Shown: positions 15,162 through 25,456, counted from the stretch's first letter. The stretch is 64,000 bases of DNA from Flavobacteriales bacterium (GCA_965661345.1 CBFIDK010000005.1:17301-81300); one strand, 5' to 3'. Notes: generated by a model not told the origin, from the letters alone. Numbers and translations: made by a program.

Positions 15162-16640
15162 TTGTACCTCATCCACACCTTGACACAAAAACTAAATATC
15201 GTTTGGCTTAAAAGAGATTTGAGAACCTCTGATCATGAGCCTTTTTTTCATGCCGAACAGCATGAACACGATTACCTTCCTATATATATTTTTGAGCCCT
15301 CTATTAATGCCCATCCAGACACTAGCCTAAGGCACCGACAGTTTGTTTACCATTCCATTTTGGATATGAACACCACCCTCCAGCCCTTTAACAGAAAGGT
15401 ACACGTCTTTTATGCCGAAGCAGAAGAAGTCTTTGCCTATTTGACAGAGCATTACAGTGTTTCTAATGTATTTTCTTACCAAGAAAGCGGCGTAAAGGTG
15501 AGTTGGGATAGGGATAAGGCGGTCAATAGTTTACTGAAAAAAAAAGGAGTTAATTGGCAGGAGTTTGAGAATCAATCTGTAAAAAGAGGGGTTAATCACA
15601 GAAAGGGATGGGACAAAGAGTGGTATATGTATGCTCATTCTGAGCGCATTAAAAACGACTTTAGTAACGGTCGTTTAATGATAAAAAAAAGCCCTTTTGA
15701 CTTCGACATCAGCAAACAGTACGAATTAAAAAATTACCCCAAACAATACCAGCCTGCTGGGGAGTCTTTCGCTCATAAATACCTCAAATCCTTTCTAGAA
15801 AAAAGAGGCAAGAATTACTCCAAACACATTTCAAGCCCACAAAAAAGCAGACTCTCATGTAGCCGTTTATCTACGTATTTGGCCTGGGGAAATATTAGTG
15901 TTAGAGAAGTGTTTCAGGCTGTTAAAAGCGCTCCTAACTACAGTTCTCATAAGCGTGCTTTTGATGCTTGTCTGGCGCGTCTCAAGTGGCGCTCGCACTT
16001 TATTCAAAAATTCGAAACGGATTGTAGCTATGAATTGTATTGCATTAATAAGGGTTATGAAAAAATGGAATACGAAAACAACGATGAACTTTTACAAAGG
16101 TGGAAAGAAGGTAAAACGGGCTTTCCTCTTGTTGATGCAAGTATGCGCTGCCTCATCAATAATGGATGGATAAACTTCCGAATGAGAGCAATGTTGGTGT
16201 CTTTTCTTTGTCACCACCTCAATCAAGATTGGCGAAGGGGTGTGTACCATATTGCCCAACTGTTTTTAGACTATGAACCCGGCATACATTTCACCCAATT
16301 TCAAATGCAAGCTGGTGTTACCGGCATCAATTCCATTAGAATTTACAACCCCATAAAGCAGTCAATTGAAAAAGATGCTGACGGAGAGTTTATAAAAAAC
16401 TGGGTGTCTGAACTTAAAGAAATTGACCCTCCTTTCGTACATCGTCCTTGGGAGCTAACGCCTATAGATTTGCTTTCTATGGGGCTAACATTGGATTATC
16501 CTCCGCCAATGGTCGAACCCGTTAAGGCAGCCCAGACAAGTAGAGCCCAATTGTGGCGTTTGCGCAAAGACCCTCTAGTTAAGGAAGAGTCCAGAAGATT
16601 GCTTCAAGTTCATGTCAGACCCGCTAGCAAAAAGCGATAA
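15162..16640 (+). CDS. cryptochrome/photolyase-family FAD-binding protein
   Basis: IVWLKRDLRTSDH N-terminus and FPLVDASMRCLINNGWINFRMRAMLVSFL FAD-domain signature. The start is TTG. Confidence 0.8.
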   Translation: MYLIHTLTQKLNIVWLKRDLRTSDHEPFFHAEQHEHDYLPIYIFEPSINAHPDTSLRHRQFVYHSILDMNTTLQPFNRKVHVFYAEAEEVFAYLTEHYSVSNVFSYQESGVKVSWDRDKAVNSLLKKKGVNWQEFENQSVKRGVNHRKGWDKEWYMYAHSERIKNDFSNGRLMIKKSPFDFDISKQYELKNYPKQYQPAGESFAHKYLKSFLEKRGKNYSKHISSPQKSRLSCSRLSTYLAWGNISVREVFQAVKSAPNYSSHKRAFDACLARLKWRSHFIQKFETDCSYELYCINKGYEKMEYENNDELLQRWKEGKTGFPLVDASMRCLINNGWINFRMRAMLVSFLCHHLNQDWRRGVYHIAQLFLDYEPGIHFTQFQMQAGVTGINSIRIYNPIKQSIEKDADGEFIKNWVSELKEIDPPFVHRPWELTPIDLLSMGLTLDYPPPMVEPVKAAQTSRAQLWRLRKDPLVKEESRRLLQVHVRPASKKR

Positions 16641-16690
16641 TAAAATTCTAGCTGATTAACAATAATTTGCAACAGCTAAGCCATATTTTA

Positions 16691-16698
16691 TATATTTG
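16691..16698 (+). promoter_or_regulatory. candidate -7 box TATATTTG upstream of the OmpA-family gene
   Basis: TAnnTTTG match 64 nt upstream of ATG 16762. Confidence 0.3.
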
Positions 16699-16761
16699 CT
16701 TATTCCTTAAAGCTTCGTTTATGATTGTTTTTGAAAATATTTAATACTAAACACGAAAAAC

Positions 16762-18144
16762 ATGAAAAAACATTTACTATTAATTTTCACTTTTTTATTC
16801 TCACTTATTTTATTTGCTCAATCTCCCGATAAAAAATGGAGCGTCGGTTATAAAATAGGGGCAGAACAGTTTGCGGGCTATGTTGGCGAAGGTTTTGATG
16901 GGCTTGATAAGTCTCACCTAATAAACGGCTTTACCCTTTCTAGAAGGATAAATAGCCATTTTGACGTTGGACTAAGCGCTTTACGTGGCGAAAACGACAG
17001 TCAGTATTATGACAATTATTATGTCGGTGAGAACATCTTGTTGCGCGATTTAACAATGTTTAATATGAACACTAAATTTAACTTTTTTAAATACGATGAT
17101 GTAAGGGTAAGGCCGTTTGTGTTTGCTGGCTTTAGCGTATTGGCCTATGATAATAATGGCCTTGACTTTGAATTAGACGATTTACAGTACCCTGATTTGG
17201 GCTTGGGTTTGAACATAAAGGTCTCTCCAACGGTAAATGTTACGTTTGATGAAACATTATTTTTTATAGATAAAGGTTTTGGCATCAATAATAAGTTAGA
17301 AAAATACCTAATGCATGCTGTAGGGGTTTCCTTTAATCTCGGTAAGCTAAAAGACTCAGACGATGATGGTGTCAGCGATAGAAACGACGAGTGTCCTGAG
17401 GTGTTTGGGCTAAAACAGTTTAGCGGTTGCCCAGACTCAGACAGCGACGGCGTCAAAGATTCTGAAGATAAATGCCCTAATGAAGCGGGATTAGTGAGCC
17501 TTGAAGGTTGCCCGGATTCGGACAATGATGGTATTCCTAACCGAACGGACGAATGTCCTAATAAGAAAGGAACAAAAGCGTTAGGCGGTTGTCCTGATAC
17601 GGATAACGATGGTATTGCTGACAATAAAGATGAATGCCCTAAGGCAAAGGGTTCAAAACAACTCAAAGGTTGTCCAGACTCGGACAATGACGGCATCGCT
17701 GATAAAGACGACAAATGCCCAAAAGTAAAAGGGTCAAAAAAGAATAAAGGTTGCCCAGAAGAGGTGGTTAAGCAAACGCCAAATCGAGAAAAAACCAAAG
17801 ACTCCTCTCCTCAAGTGTCTTTGTTTGTGGTAAACTTTGAAAGCGGTAGCAGTAAAATAAATAAAGAGTCAAAAACTATACTAAACTCTATTGTTGATGT
17901 ATTGAAGAAAAACCCGAATTACAAATTAGATATTAAGGGCTATACAGACACTGATGGTGACGAAAAAATGAACTTAAATCTATCAAGTTCAAGAGCCAAA
18001 ATTGTAAAGAATTATCTTGTAAATAAAGGGGTTTCTGCCAAGCGTTTATTCTCAAAAGGGTATGGCGAAGCAAACCCTATTGCTGATAATACGTCTGATG
18101 CAGGAAAGGCTAAAAATAGACGTGTTGAATTGTTTTTGAAATGA
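16762..18144 (+). CDS. OmpA-family outer-membrane protein with thrombospondin type-3 repeats
   Basis: Signal peptide and N-terminal beta-barrel-like region, then 5 x DxDxDG..D.CP repeats, then a C-terminal OmpA domain (GYTD..G....N..LS..RA....L...G, NRRVEL). Confidence 0.85.
   Translation: MKKHLLLIFTFLFSLILFAQSPDKKWSVGYKIGAEQFAGYVGEGFDGLDKSHLINGFTLSRRINSHFDVGLSALRGENDSQYYDNYYVGENILLRDLTMFNMNTKFNFFKYDDVRVRPFVFAGFSVLAYDNNGLDFELDDLQYPDLGLGLNIKVSPTVNVTFDETLFFIDKGFGINNKLEKYLMHAVGVSFNLGKLKDSDDDGVSDRNDECPEVFGLKQFSGCPDSDSDGVKDSEDKCPNEAGLVSLEGCPDSDNDGIPNRTDECPNKKGTKALGGCPDTDNDGIADNKDECPKAKGSKQLKGCPDSDNDGIADKDDKCPKVKGSKKNKGCPEEVVKQTPNREKTKDSSPQVSLFVVNFESGSSKINKESKTILNSIVDVLKKNPNYKLDIKGYTDTDGDEKMNLNLSSSRAKIVKNYLVNKGVSAKRLFSKGYGEANPIADNTSDAGKAKNRRVELFLK
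17353..17757 (+). repeat. five tandem 81-nt coding repeats (TSP3 calcium-binding motifs)
   Basis: The units are DSDDDGVSDRNDECPEVFGLKQFSGCP, DSDSDGVKDSEDKCPNEAGLVSLEGCP, DSDNDGIPNRTDECPNKKGTKALGGCP, DTDNDGIADNKDECPKAKGSKQLKGCP and DSDNDGIADKDDKCPKVKGSKKNKGCP. Confidence 0.85.
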
Positions 18145-18148
18145 CAAT

Positions 18149-18568
18149 ATGAGTAGGCTTAGTGTTGTATATAGCTTGGTATTTTTGATGTTAGGTATTG
18201 GTGTAAATGCTCAAAACAGAACCGACACCATTACTATTATAGAAGATTTTGGCACTAAGTTTTATCAAGACGGCTATCAATTAAACGTCAGTGAGTTGTT
18301 TTGGATAGCAAATCAAATTCCAGAAATGGATGATGCAAAAAGAACATACCGTATGGGTGTGTTGTTATCTTCAATTGGGGGTTTCTTAATTGGTTACCCC
18401 GTCGGACAACATCTTGGCGGGAACAATGAGGCTGTTTGGGAGTGCGCGCTAGTTGGTGTTGGAATAACCACACTATCCTTGCCTATTTTTACTAGCTCTC
18501 GTAAAAAAGCCGTTAAGGGTGTGCGTGCTTTCAACCGAAACATAACACATAAAAAAGCCCTCGACTGA
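18149..18568 (+). CDS. hypothetical exported/membrane protein
   Basis: 139-aa ORF with a signal-like N-terminus, starting 5 nt after the OmpA gene. Confidence 0.5.
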   Translation: MSRLSVVYSLVFLMLGIGVNAQNRTDTITIIEDFGTKFYQDGYQLNVSELFWIANQIPEMDDAKRTYRMGVLLSSIGGFLIGYPVGQHLGGNNEAVWECALVGVGITTLSLPIFTSSRKKAVKGVRAFNRNITHKKALD

Positions 18569-18580
18569 GGGCTTTTTTTT
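18551..18580. terminator. bidirectional rho-independent terminator between convergent genes
   Basis: A-run, then GCCCTC-gact-GAGGGC (18557-18572), then T8 (18573-18580). Confidence 0.7.
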
Positions 18581-19625
18581 ATTTAAAACTCCAATCGTAT
18601 TGGTCGAGTTCTTTGACCGAATAGTGAAGTAAATCAATGGCGTTTCGGATATCTGTTTTGTCAGCCATTTCTATTACCTGATGGATGTGTCTTGTTGGTA
18701 TAGATACTGCCCCTGCAATTGATCCGCCTGGAGTAAAGCGTTGTATCCCTGCGGTGTCTGTTCCGCCACCCGTAAGAATTTCTAATTGATGGGGAATGTT
18801 GTGTCTTTCAGAAACTTCTTTCATGTAGCTCACCATTCTATAATCACAAATGGTGGATGAATCCATTACTTTTATTGCTGCTCCTTTTCCTAATTCTGTT
18901 ATCTTTTCGTGCGGTGCTGCTCCTGGAACATCGTAGGCAATGGTGGTGTCTAAGCCAAATCCAAAGTCTGGTTGAACCTCTTGAGTAGCCACATTTGCCC
19001 CCCTAATTCCTACCTCTTCTTGAACTGTAAACACCCCGTAAATATCGTAGGGGTTGTCTTTTATTTCTCTTAGCATTTCAATAAGAATAAAAACAGACAC
19101 CCTGTTGTCAATGGATTTACAGTTAACGCAATTCCCCATTTCTATAAGTTGTCTTTCTCGAGTAATAGGGTTCCCTACACCTATGTATTTCTCGACCTCT
19201 TCCTTGGGCATTCCCATATCAATAAAATAGTCAGTGGTCTTTGGGGATTTGTTTCTCTCTTCTGGAGTCATTACGTGTATGGGCTTACTTCCCATTACTC
19301 CAATCAAGTCTTTTTTACCGTGAACAATTACGCGTTGAGCAGTTAGTGTTTTAGGGTCAAATCCTCCTAGGGTGTGAAAACGCAAAAAACCATTGTCATC
19401 AATGTGTGTAACAATAAAGCCGATCTCGTCCATGTGGGCCCCAATCATTACTTTTTTGTCTTTACGGCCTTTTTTTATGGCGGTAACGTTGCCCATATTA
19501 TCGACTTTTACTTCATCTACTAAAGGTGTTACTTCTCGTAGTACTATTTCTCTTATTCTTTGTTCGAAGCCAGGCGCTCCTGCTGCCTCGCAAATCTCTG
19601 CGAGTAATTTTACATTTATAGACAT
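18579..19625 (-). CDS. M42-family metallopeptidase (glutamyl aminopeptidase/FrvX-like)
   Basis: GAHMDEIGFIVTHIDDNGFLRF and VQEEVGIRGA motifs. Confidence 0.85.
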   Translation of the reverse strand: MSINVKLLAEICEAAGAPGFEQRIREIVLREVTPLVDEVKVDNMGNVTAIKKGRKDKKVMIGAHMDEIGFIVTHIDDNGFLRFHTLGGFDPKTLTAQRVIVHGKKDLIGVMGSKPIHVMTPEERNKSPKTTDYFIDMGMPKEEVEKYIGVGNPITRERQLIEMGNCVNCKSIDNRVSVFILIEMLREIKDNPYDIYGVFTVQEEVGIRGANVATQEVQPDFGFGLDTTIAYDVPGAAPHEKITELGKGAAIKVMDSSTICDYRMVSYMKEVSERHNIPHQLEILTGGGTDTAGIQRFTPGGSIAGAVSIPTRHIHQVIEMADKTDIRNAIDLLHYSVKELDQYDWSFK

Positions 19626-19636
19626 CTAATTTGTTT

Positions 19637-21055
19637 TTATTTGAGGTAACTCAACCTCATCATGTTAGTCATTCCTTTTTCTTTTATAGGCATACTGGCT
19701 ACGTTTAAGACTAGATCGCCCGATTTTAGTAGTCCCGTTCCCTTGAGTATTCGCTTTGTGTCTGCTACCGTTTCATCGGTACCCGTCTCGTTATCGTAAT
19801 AAAAGCCTTTTACCCCCCAAACCAAACTTAGCGTATTAAGTATTTCATGGTTGTTTGTAAACGCATATATTTTACACGGTGGTCTATGGCTTGATATTTC
19901 AATGGCGTTGTAGCCCGAGTGAGTCATTGTTATTATAGCTTTTGCGCTTACTTGTTCGGCAAGTTTACAAGAGTGGTAACAAATAGCGTCAGATATAAAG
20001 CGCTCGCCGTAGGTTTCTTTTAGTTCGTATGAGCGGGTTGAAGAAAATTCTTGTTCAACATTAGTAATAATTTTACTCATCGTTTCCACCGCCTGCAAAG
20101 GGAAAGCGCCTACCGATGTTTCTCCACTAAGCATAACCGCGTCTGCACCGTCCATTACAGAATTGGCTACATCGTTTACTTCTGCTCTTGTAGGAGTAAC
20201 GCTTTCTGTCATGCTCTCAAGCATTTGTGTAGCCACAATAACGGGCTTGGCTTTTTCCAAGCACATTTTGGCAATCTTTTTCTGAATTACAGGTACTTTT
20301 TGCATTGGTATTTCCACACCCAAGTCGCCTCGTGCAATCATTACCGCATCGGTTACATCAATAATGCTATTAAGGTTTTTTATCGCTTGTGGTTTTTCAA
20401 TTTTTGCAATTACCCTTGCGCTGTGGTTTTCTTTTTTGATATGCTTTTTGAGCTCAAGAATATCTTGTGCTGACCTTACAAAAGAAAGGCCTATCCACTC
20501 AATGGGTTGGGTTAAAATAAAGTCAAGATCTTTTAGGTCTTTTTCTGTCAAACAAGGTTGTGAAATTACTGTGTTTGGCAAGTTAACCCCTTTATTTGAG
20601 CTTAGTTCCCCTCCGTGTATCACTTTAGTAATCACAGTATCTTTGCTATTGGTGCTGACAACTTCTATATGAAGCTTACCGTCATTTATCAGTATTAGCT
20701 CTCCAGCCTTAACATCTTCAGGAAACTGTTCGTAGTTGATGTATGCTTTTGTACTGTCTCCAACACACTCTTTGGTTGTAATTACAAACTCTGTACCGTC
20801 AACCAGGCTTGAGCCTTCTTCTATTTTTCCTATTCTTATTTTTGGGCCTTGAAGGTCTGCTAAAATCGCCGTGTGCACATTTAGATCTTGATTAATCTCT
20901 TTGATTAGGTGAATCGTTTCTAAATGTGTTTTGTGGTCGGCGTGTGAAAAGTTTAGCCTGCAAACGTTTACGCCTGCTTTTATCATTTGGGTTAGGGTGT
21001 CTTTAGTTAGACACGCCGGGCCCATTGTTGCTACTATTTTGGTGTTATTCATCAT
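19637..21055 (-). CDS. pyk: pyruvate kinase
   Basis: KIVATMGPA, NFSHADH, MIARGDLGVEIP and ATQMLESM motifs. The start is moved to the MMNNTK Met so it no longer overlaps the upstream gene. Confidence 0.9.
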   Translation of the reverse strand: MMNNTKIVATMGPACLTKDTLTQMIKAGVNVCRLNFSHADHKTHLETIHLIKEINQDLNVHTAILADLQGPKIRIGKIEEGSSLVDGTEFVITTKECVGDSTKAYINYEQFPEDVKAGELILINDGKLHIEVVSTNSKDTVITKVIHGGELSSNKGVNLPNTVISQPCLTEKDLKDLDFILTQPIEWIGLSFVRSAQDILELKKHIKKENHSARVIAKIEKPQAIKNLNSIIDVTDAVMIARGDLGVEIPMQKVPVIQKKIAKMCLEKAKPVIVATQMLESMTESVTPTRAEVNDVANSVMDGADAVMLSGETSVGAFPLQAVETMSKIITNVEQEFSSTRSYELKETYGERFISDAICYHSCKLAEQVSAKAIITMTHSGYNAIEISSHRPPCKIYAFTNNHEILNTLSLVWGVKGFYYDNETGTDETVADTKRILKGTGLLKSGDLVLNVASMPIKEKGMTNMMRLSYLK

Positions 21056-21059
21056 ACGT

Positions 21060-21455
21060 TTAATATACAAATTGTTCTTTTGTTTTTCTGTCATTCTCCT
21101 CAAATACGGCTAAAACGTATTCAGACTGTTGAATCAGACGTGCATAGTGTTGAACGTCTTGTTTGTCAACCTCTTTTTGTAGTAATAGCCAATAATCCAC
21201 CTGCTTTTTCTTGGACACCAAAAAGCCGTCTTGTGATTTATTTGAAAAAACTAATATTTCATCTGAGTCCGATAGGTGTTGGTATCTTGAAAACTCAGCT
21301 TTTGAATCATAGGATATGTAAGGTGTTGTTTTGAAAAAATTTGTTCTTAATGTGTGGTTAAGTGTCCATGCAAAGCGGTAGTCTTTGAGGTGACAACTGA
21401 TCCCCAGTAAAGAAAAACTTACATCCAACTCTATTCTTAACATTTGTTTTCCCAT
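21060..21455 (-). CDS. small conserved protein, IPExxxVDY-family-like
   Basis: 131 aa located between rnc and pyk as in many Bacteroidota. It has a ..KKKQVDYWLL motif. Confidence 0.45.
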   Translation of the reverse strand: MGKQMLRIELDVSFSLLGISCHLKDYRFAWTLNHTLRTNFFKTTPYISYDSKAEFSRYQHLSDSDEILVFSNKSQDGFLVSKKKQVDYWLLLQKEVDKQDVQHYARLIQQSEYVLAVFEENDRKTKEQFVY

Positions 21456-21494
21456 AATAAATGCTAAAATAACCCTTTATCTTGAAATTTGATT

Positions 21495-22196
21495 TTAAGA
21501 GTGTGTTAATTCTTTATACGCTTCTTTCGCGGCTTGTTCTTCGGCTCTTTTAATGGATGTGCCAACAGCACGTCCTTTGTTTTTGTTGTCAATCATAATC
21601 ATCACCTCGTAGGTCTTTTCGTGGTCTTTGCCAAAAGAGTCTATAAGTCTGAATTTGATTTGTTTTTTGTTGGCTTGTCCCCACTCTAGTATTATGCCCT
21701 TATAGCTTACCACTTTTTTGACAAGTTGTTGTAGATTTATGTGTGGTTCTATTAGTTTATCTTCAATAAATTTTGCTGTAAAAGCATAGCCTTTGTCCAA
21801 AAAAATTGCTCCTATCAAAGCTTCGAGTGCATTGCCATAAATGGAACGGTTTGAACTTGCTTGGTGCTTGAGTAGTGTATTTAATTGGATGTCAAGCGCT
21901 AGTTTATTTAGTGTTTTTCGGCTTACAATTTTTGAGCGCGTTTGTGTTAAAAAACCCTCGTCTTGATCTGGAAAAGCATTATATAGCATTTCTGCAATCA
22001 CCGAACCAAAGATAGCGTCGCCTAAATACTCGAGCCGCTCGTTGTGTTTTGGGCTATTTTTGATAGACCTGTGGGTTAATGCTTCGTAAAAAAGATTAAT
22101 GTCATTAGGGCTATAGCCTATTACATTAATTAATTTCTTTTCGTATGTGGTTTTGGGTTTAAAGAGGTTTTTGATGTCGTCTAAAAACTTCATCAA
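21495..22196 (-). CDS. rnc: ribonuclease III
   Basis: ERLEYLGDA signature plus a C-terminal dsRBD. ATGA overlap with the fabF stop. Confidence 0.9.
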   Translation of the reverse strand: MMKFLDDIKNLFKPKTTYEKKLINVIGYSPNDINLFYEALTHRSIKNSPKHNERLEYLGDAIFGSVIAEMLYNAFPDQDEGFLTQTRSKIVSRKTLNKLALDIQLNTLLKHQASSNRSIYGNALEALIGAIFLDKGYAFTAKFIEDKLIEPHINLQQLVKKVVSYKGIILEWGQANKKQIKFRLIDSFGKDHEKTYEVMIMIDNKNKGRAVGTSIKRAEEQAAKEAYKELTHS

Positions 22197-23437
22197 ACTT
22201 TTTTAACCATTACACAGGCGTTGTGACCACCGAAACCAAAAGTGTTTGAAATGGCGGTGTTTACTTCTCGTTCTTGCGCTTTGTTTAGCGTAAGATTTAG
22301 CGTTGAGTCAATTTCAGGGTCTTCTGTTGAGTGATTAATTGTAGGGGGAACTATGTTATTTTTAACCGCTAAAATCGACGCTATCGTTTCTACAGCGCCT
22401 GCAGCGCCTAATAAGTGCCCTGTCATCGATTTTGTTGAGCTGATATTAAGTTTTGGTGCGTGTTCACCAAAGACCCCTTTTATTGCTTTAACCTCAGCAA
22501 TATCGCCAAGCGGTGTTGAGGTGCCGTGTACATTAATGTAGTCTATGTCTTCTGGGGTTAGCCCAGCGTCTTCAATGGCTAAGCGCATGACGTTCATTGC
22601 GCCAATTCCTTCAGGATGAGGGGCCGTTATGTGGTGTGCGTCGGCTGTCATTGCACCTCCTACAACTTCGGCATATATTTTTGCTCCTCTTGCTTTAGCG
22701 TGCTCGTATTCTTCGAGAATTATTGCGCCTGCTCCTTCACCTAGTACAAAACCGTCTCTTTCTTTGTCAAACGGACGTGAGGCTGTTTTTGGCGATTCGT
22801 TTCGTGTTGAAAGCGCATGCATGGCGTTAAACCCTCCTACTCCGGCTTCATTGATGGATGCTTCTGATCCCCCTGAAATAAACACGTCTGCTTTACCCCA
22901 TTTAATATAATTAAATGCGTCAATTAAAGCGTGGGTTGAAGAGGCGCAAGCTGATACGGTAGCGTAGTTTGGCCCTCTAAAACCATACTTAATTGATACA
23001 TGACCGGCAGCTATGTCGGCAATCATTTTAGGAATAAAAAACGGATTGAATCGAGGAACACCAGAGCCAGTAGCAAAGTCGCCACATTCTTTTAAAAAGG
23101 TGTCAAGCCCCCCTATTCCAGAGCCCCATATTACACCGGCTCTATCGAGGTTTAATTTTTCTAAGTCAAAAGACGCGTCCTCCATAGCTTCAGATACGGC
23201 TACCATTGCGTAAATGGCATACATATCGAGCTTGCGCGCCTCCTTTCTGTCCAAAAATTCCGTTGGGTCGAAGTCTTTCACTTCGCAAGCAAAACGGGTT
23301 TTGAAATGGGTTGCGTCAAATCGTGTGATTGGTCCAGCTCCGCTAGTTCCTTTAAGTAAGTTGTTCCAAAAATCCGAAACATTATTACCTATCGGAGTGA
23401 GAGCGCCCAATCCTGTAACTACGACTCGCCTTGACAT
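22193..23437 (-). CDS. fabF: beta-ketoacyl-ACP synthase II
   Basis: ACASSTHAL active-site Cys, HGTSTPLGD and GHLLGAAG motifs. Confidence 0.92.
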   Translation of the reverse strand: MSRRVVVTGLGALTPIGNNVSDFWNNLLKGTSGAGPITRFDATHFKTRFACEVKDFDPTEFLDRKEARKLDMYAIYAMVAVSEAMEDASFDLEKLNLDRAGVIWGSGIGGLDTFLKECGDFATGSGVPRFNPFFIPKMIADIAAGHVSIKYGFRGPNYATVSACASSTHALIDAFNYIKWGKADVFISGGSEASINEAGVGGFNAMHALSTRNESPKTASRPFDKERDGFVLGEGAGAIILEEYEHAKARGAKIYAEVVGGAMTADAHHITAPHPEGIGAMNVMRLAIEDAGLTPEDIDYINVHGTSTPLGDIAEVKAIKGVFGEHAPKLNISSTKSMTGHLLGAAGAVETIASILAVKNNIVPPTINHSTEDPEIDSTLNLTLNKAQEREVNTAISNTFGFGGHNACVMVKKV

Positions 23438-23452
23438 TATAAAAAAGTTATA

Positions 23453-23683
23453 TTAAGCCTTTTCGATAAACGAAATAGCATCTCCAACAGTGACAATGGC
23501 CTCTGCTTGATCGTCTGGAATTTGAATATCGAATTCTTTTTCGAATTCCATAATTAATTCAACAGTGTCTAAAGAATCAGCACCTAAATCATTGGTGAAG
23601 CTCGCTTCTGGTGAAACCTCTGCTTCGTCAACACCTAATTTATCTACTATAATTGCTTTTACTTTTGTTGCGGTATCAGACAT
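23453..23683 (-). CDS. acpP: acyl carrier protein
   Basis: [16 protein letters not shown] phosphopantetheine site. The start is trimmed to MSDTATK. Confidence 0.9.
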   Translation of the reverse strand: MSDTATKVKAIIVDKLGVDEAEVSPEASFTNDLGADSLDTVELIMEFEKEFDIQIPDDQAEAIVTVGDAISFIEKA

Positions 23684-23800
23684 GAATGAAAGTTTTTTTA
23701 TTAAACAAGTTGCAAATAAATATACTTTTTGATTATAAAACAAGCGAAGACGTTTGTATTTATTGTTTATTTAAAATAATTGCTTTTAAAATAGTTGTTC

Positions 23801-23808
23801 TATTTTTG
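23801..23808 (+). promoter_or_regulatory. candidate -7 box TATTTTTG for purN
   Basis: TAnnTTTG match 11 nt upstream of ATG 23819, in the divergent acpP/purN spacer. Confidence 0.3.
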
Positions 23809-23818
23809 AGCTGTAAAG

Positions 23819-24406
23819 ATGGATAAGGTAAAAATTGCAATATTTATTTCAGGTAAAGGGTCAAACGCCCTGAACATCATCAGGTATTTTAGGGGTAATG
23901 ACGCCATTGAAGTGGCCTTGGTATTGAGCAATAAAGCAGACTCTTTTGGTCTTGAAAAGGCTCAAAAAGCGGGGGTGAACACCGTTGTTTTTAACAATGA
24001 GGCGTTCAAAAAGAACGGAGAGGTTGACACCTATTTGAGGTCTTTGGGTGTTAGTTTTATTGTTTTGGCAGGCTTTTTACGGCAAATTCCTGTTGATTTG
24101 GTTGAGTCCTTCAAAAACAGAATCATAAACATTCACCCTTCTTTGTTGCCGAAGTTTGGCGGCAAGGGTATGTTTGGGGAGCATGTTCACAAGGCTGTTC
24201 TAGAGAGTGGCGAAACAGAAAGCGGAATAACTATTCATTATGTAACAAATGAATACGATGAAGGAAAGGTAATTTTTCAGGAAACCGTTAGTGTTGATGA
24301 GAAAGACACTGTGCAAGGCTTAATAAGCAAAATTCAAAAGCTAGAACACGCTTATTATCCAGTAATAATTGAAAAAACAATTCATCATGGATTTAATCTT
24401 AAGTGA
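23819..24406 (+). CDS. purN: phosphoribosylglycinamide formyltransferase
   Basis: IAIFISGKGSNALNII and INIHPSLLPKFGG motifs. Confidence 0.88.
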   Translation: MDKVKIAIFISGKGSNALNIIRYFRGNDAIEVALVLSNKADSFGLEKAQKAGVNTVVFNNEAFKKNGEVDTYLRSLGVSFIVLAGFLRQIPVDLVESFKNRIINIHPSLLPKFGGKGMFGEHVHKAVLESGETESGITIHYVTNEYDEGKVIFQETVSVDEKDTVQGLISKIQKLEHAYYPVIIEKTIHHGFNLK

Positions 24407-24968
24407 GGTTTTAACTGTCTTTATGGTTTTGTTTGCGGTAATAGATATTTTTGGATCTATTCCAATAATTGTAGATATAAAGCAAAAAACAGGAGAAATT
24501 TCAGCCCTTAAGGCAAGCACTGTTTCTTTATTGATAATGCTTGGTTTTTTGGCTTTAGGAGAGCGTCTTATAGGATTTATTGGAATTGATGTAAACTCTT
24601 TTGCTGTTGCGGGTTCTATAATTATTTTTCTCATGTCGCTAGAGATGGTTTTGAATATACGGCTATTTAAGGATGATGGCTCTTCAGTTAAAACCGCCTC
24701 GATTGTGCCTTTGGCTTTTCCAATTATTGCTGGGGCGGGCTCCATGACCACTATACTATCCTTACGAGCAGAATTTGAAGCCATTAACATTGCAGCTGCT
24801 ATTTTCTTAAACATTCTTGTTGTTTTTGTGGTGCTAAAGCTCACGGGTAAAATTGAGCGGCTATTGGGTGTCGGCGGTATTGCTATTCTTAGAAAAGTAT
24901 TTGGTATTGTTCTTTTGGCTATCGCTATAAAGTTGTTTAGTAGTAATATAAAAGCCTTATTTAATTAA
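24387..24968 (+). CDS. MarC/UPF0056-family membrane protein
   Basis: Six hydrophobic segments. ATG 24387 is preferred over the TTG at 24369. Confidence 0.65.
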   Translation: MDLILSEVLTVFMVLFAVIDIFGSIPIIVDIKQKTGEISALKASTVSLLIMLGFLALGERLIGFIGIDVNSFAVAGSIIIFLMSLEMVLNIRLFKDDGSSVKTASIVPLAFPIIAGAGSMTTILSLRAEFEAINIAAAIFLNILVVFVVLKLTGKIERLLGVGGIAILRKVFGIVLLAIAIKLFSSNIKALFN

Positions 24969-25450
24969 TGAGCATTAAAATATATACCGACGGCTCTTCA
25001 AAAGGAAACCCTGGTCCCGGAGGCTATGGCATTGTGCTTCTTTCTGATGAAGGGCACCGAAAAGAGGTGGCTAAGGGGTTTAGAAAAACCACCAATAACC
25101 GCATGGAATTATTGAGTGTTATTGTTGCTTTAGAGATGCTAAAGGCTCGTCCCATGGATGTCCTTATTTTTTCTGATTCGAAATACGTCGTTGATGCTGT
25201 AGAGAAACGCTGGGTGTTTGCTTGGGAAAAAAAATATTTTGACAAAAAGAAGAACGCAGACCTATGGAAAAGGTTTTTAATTATTTACCGCAAACATAAC
25301 GTTAAGTTTATCTGGGTAAAAGGTCACAACAACAATGTCGAAAATGAGCGCTGCGATAAGTTGGCTGTAGCTGCTGCGGAAGCCGAAAAACACCACGGCA
25401 TTGACAGGGGTTACGAAAACTCTCTAAATCAAAACCAAAGCCTATTGTAA
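24968..25450 (+). CDS. rnhA: ribonuclease HI
   Basis: IYTDGSSKGNPGPGGYG, NNRMEL and DSKYV motifs. Confidence 0.9.
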   Translation: MSIKIYTDGSSKGNPGPGGYGIVLLSDEGHRKEVAKGFRKTTNNRMELLSVIVALEMLKARPMDVLIFSDSKYVVDAVEKRWVFAWEKKYFDKKKNADLWKRFLIIYRKHNVKFIWVKGHNNNVENERCDKLAVAAAEAEKHHGIDRGYENSLNQNQSLL

Positions 25451-25456
25451 GTCATT

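Noticed and set aside
17353-17757. I considered whether the regular ~81-nt repeats could be a CRISPR-like array.
   Set aside because: The repeats are contiguous with no spacers, are in frame, and encode canonical DxDxDG..D.CP calcium-binding motifs within a long ORF.
17145-17798. 217-aa minus-strand ORF.
   Set aside because: It lies antisense to the TSP3-repeat region of the OmpA-family gene. The open frame is a by-product of the 81-nt coding repeats and gives a low-complexity S/G/P/L-rich translation.
21056-21103. The N-terminal 16-aa extension of pyruvate kinase in the ORF track (MRRMTEKQKNNLYIKR).
   Set aside because: It would overlap the upstream gene by 44 nt. The conserved pyk N-terminus begins at MMNNTKIVATMGPA.
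24341-24844. 167-aa minus-strand ORF.
   Set aside because: It is antisense to the MarC-family gene and the purN 3' end. It has no motif, and the sense-strand genes fit the operon layout.
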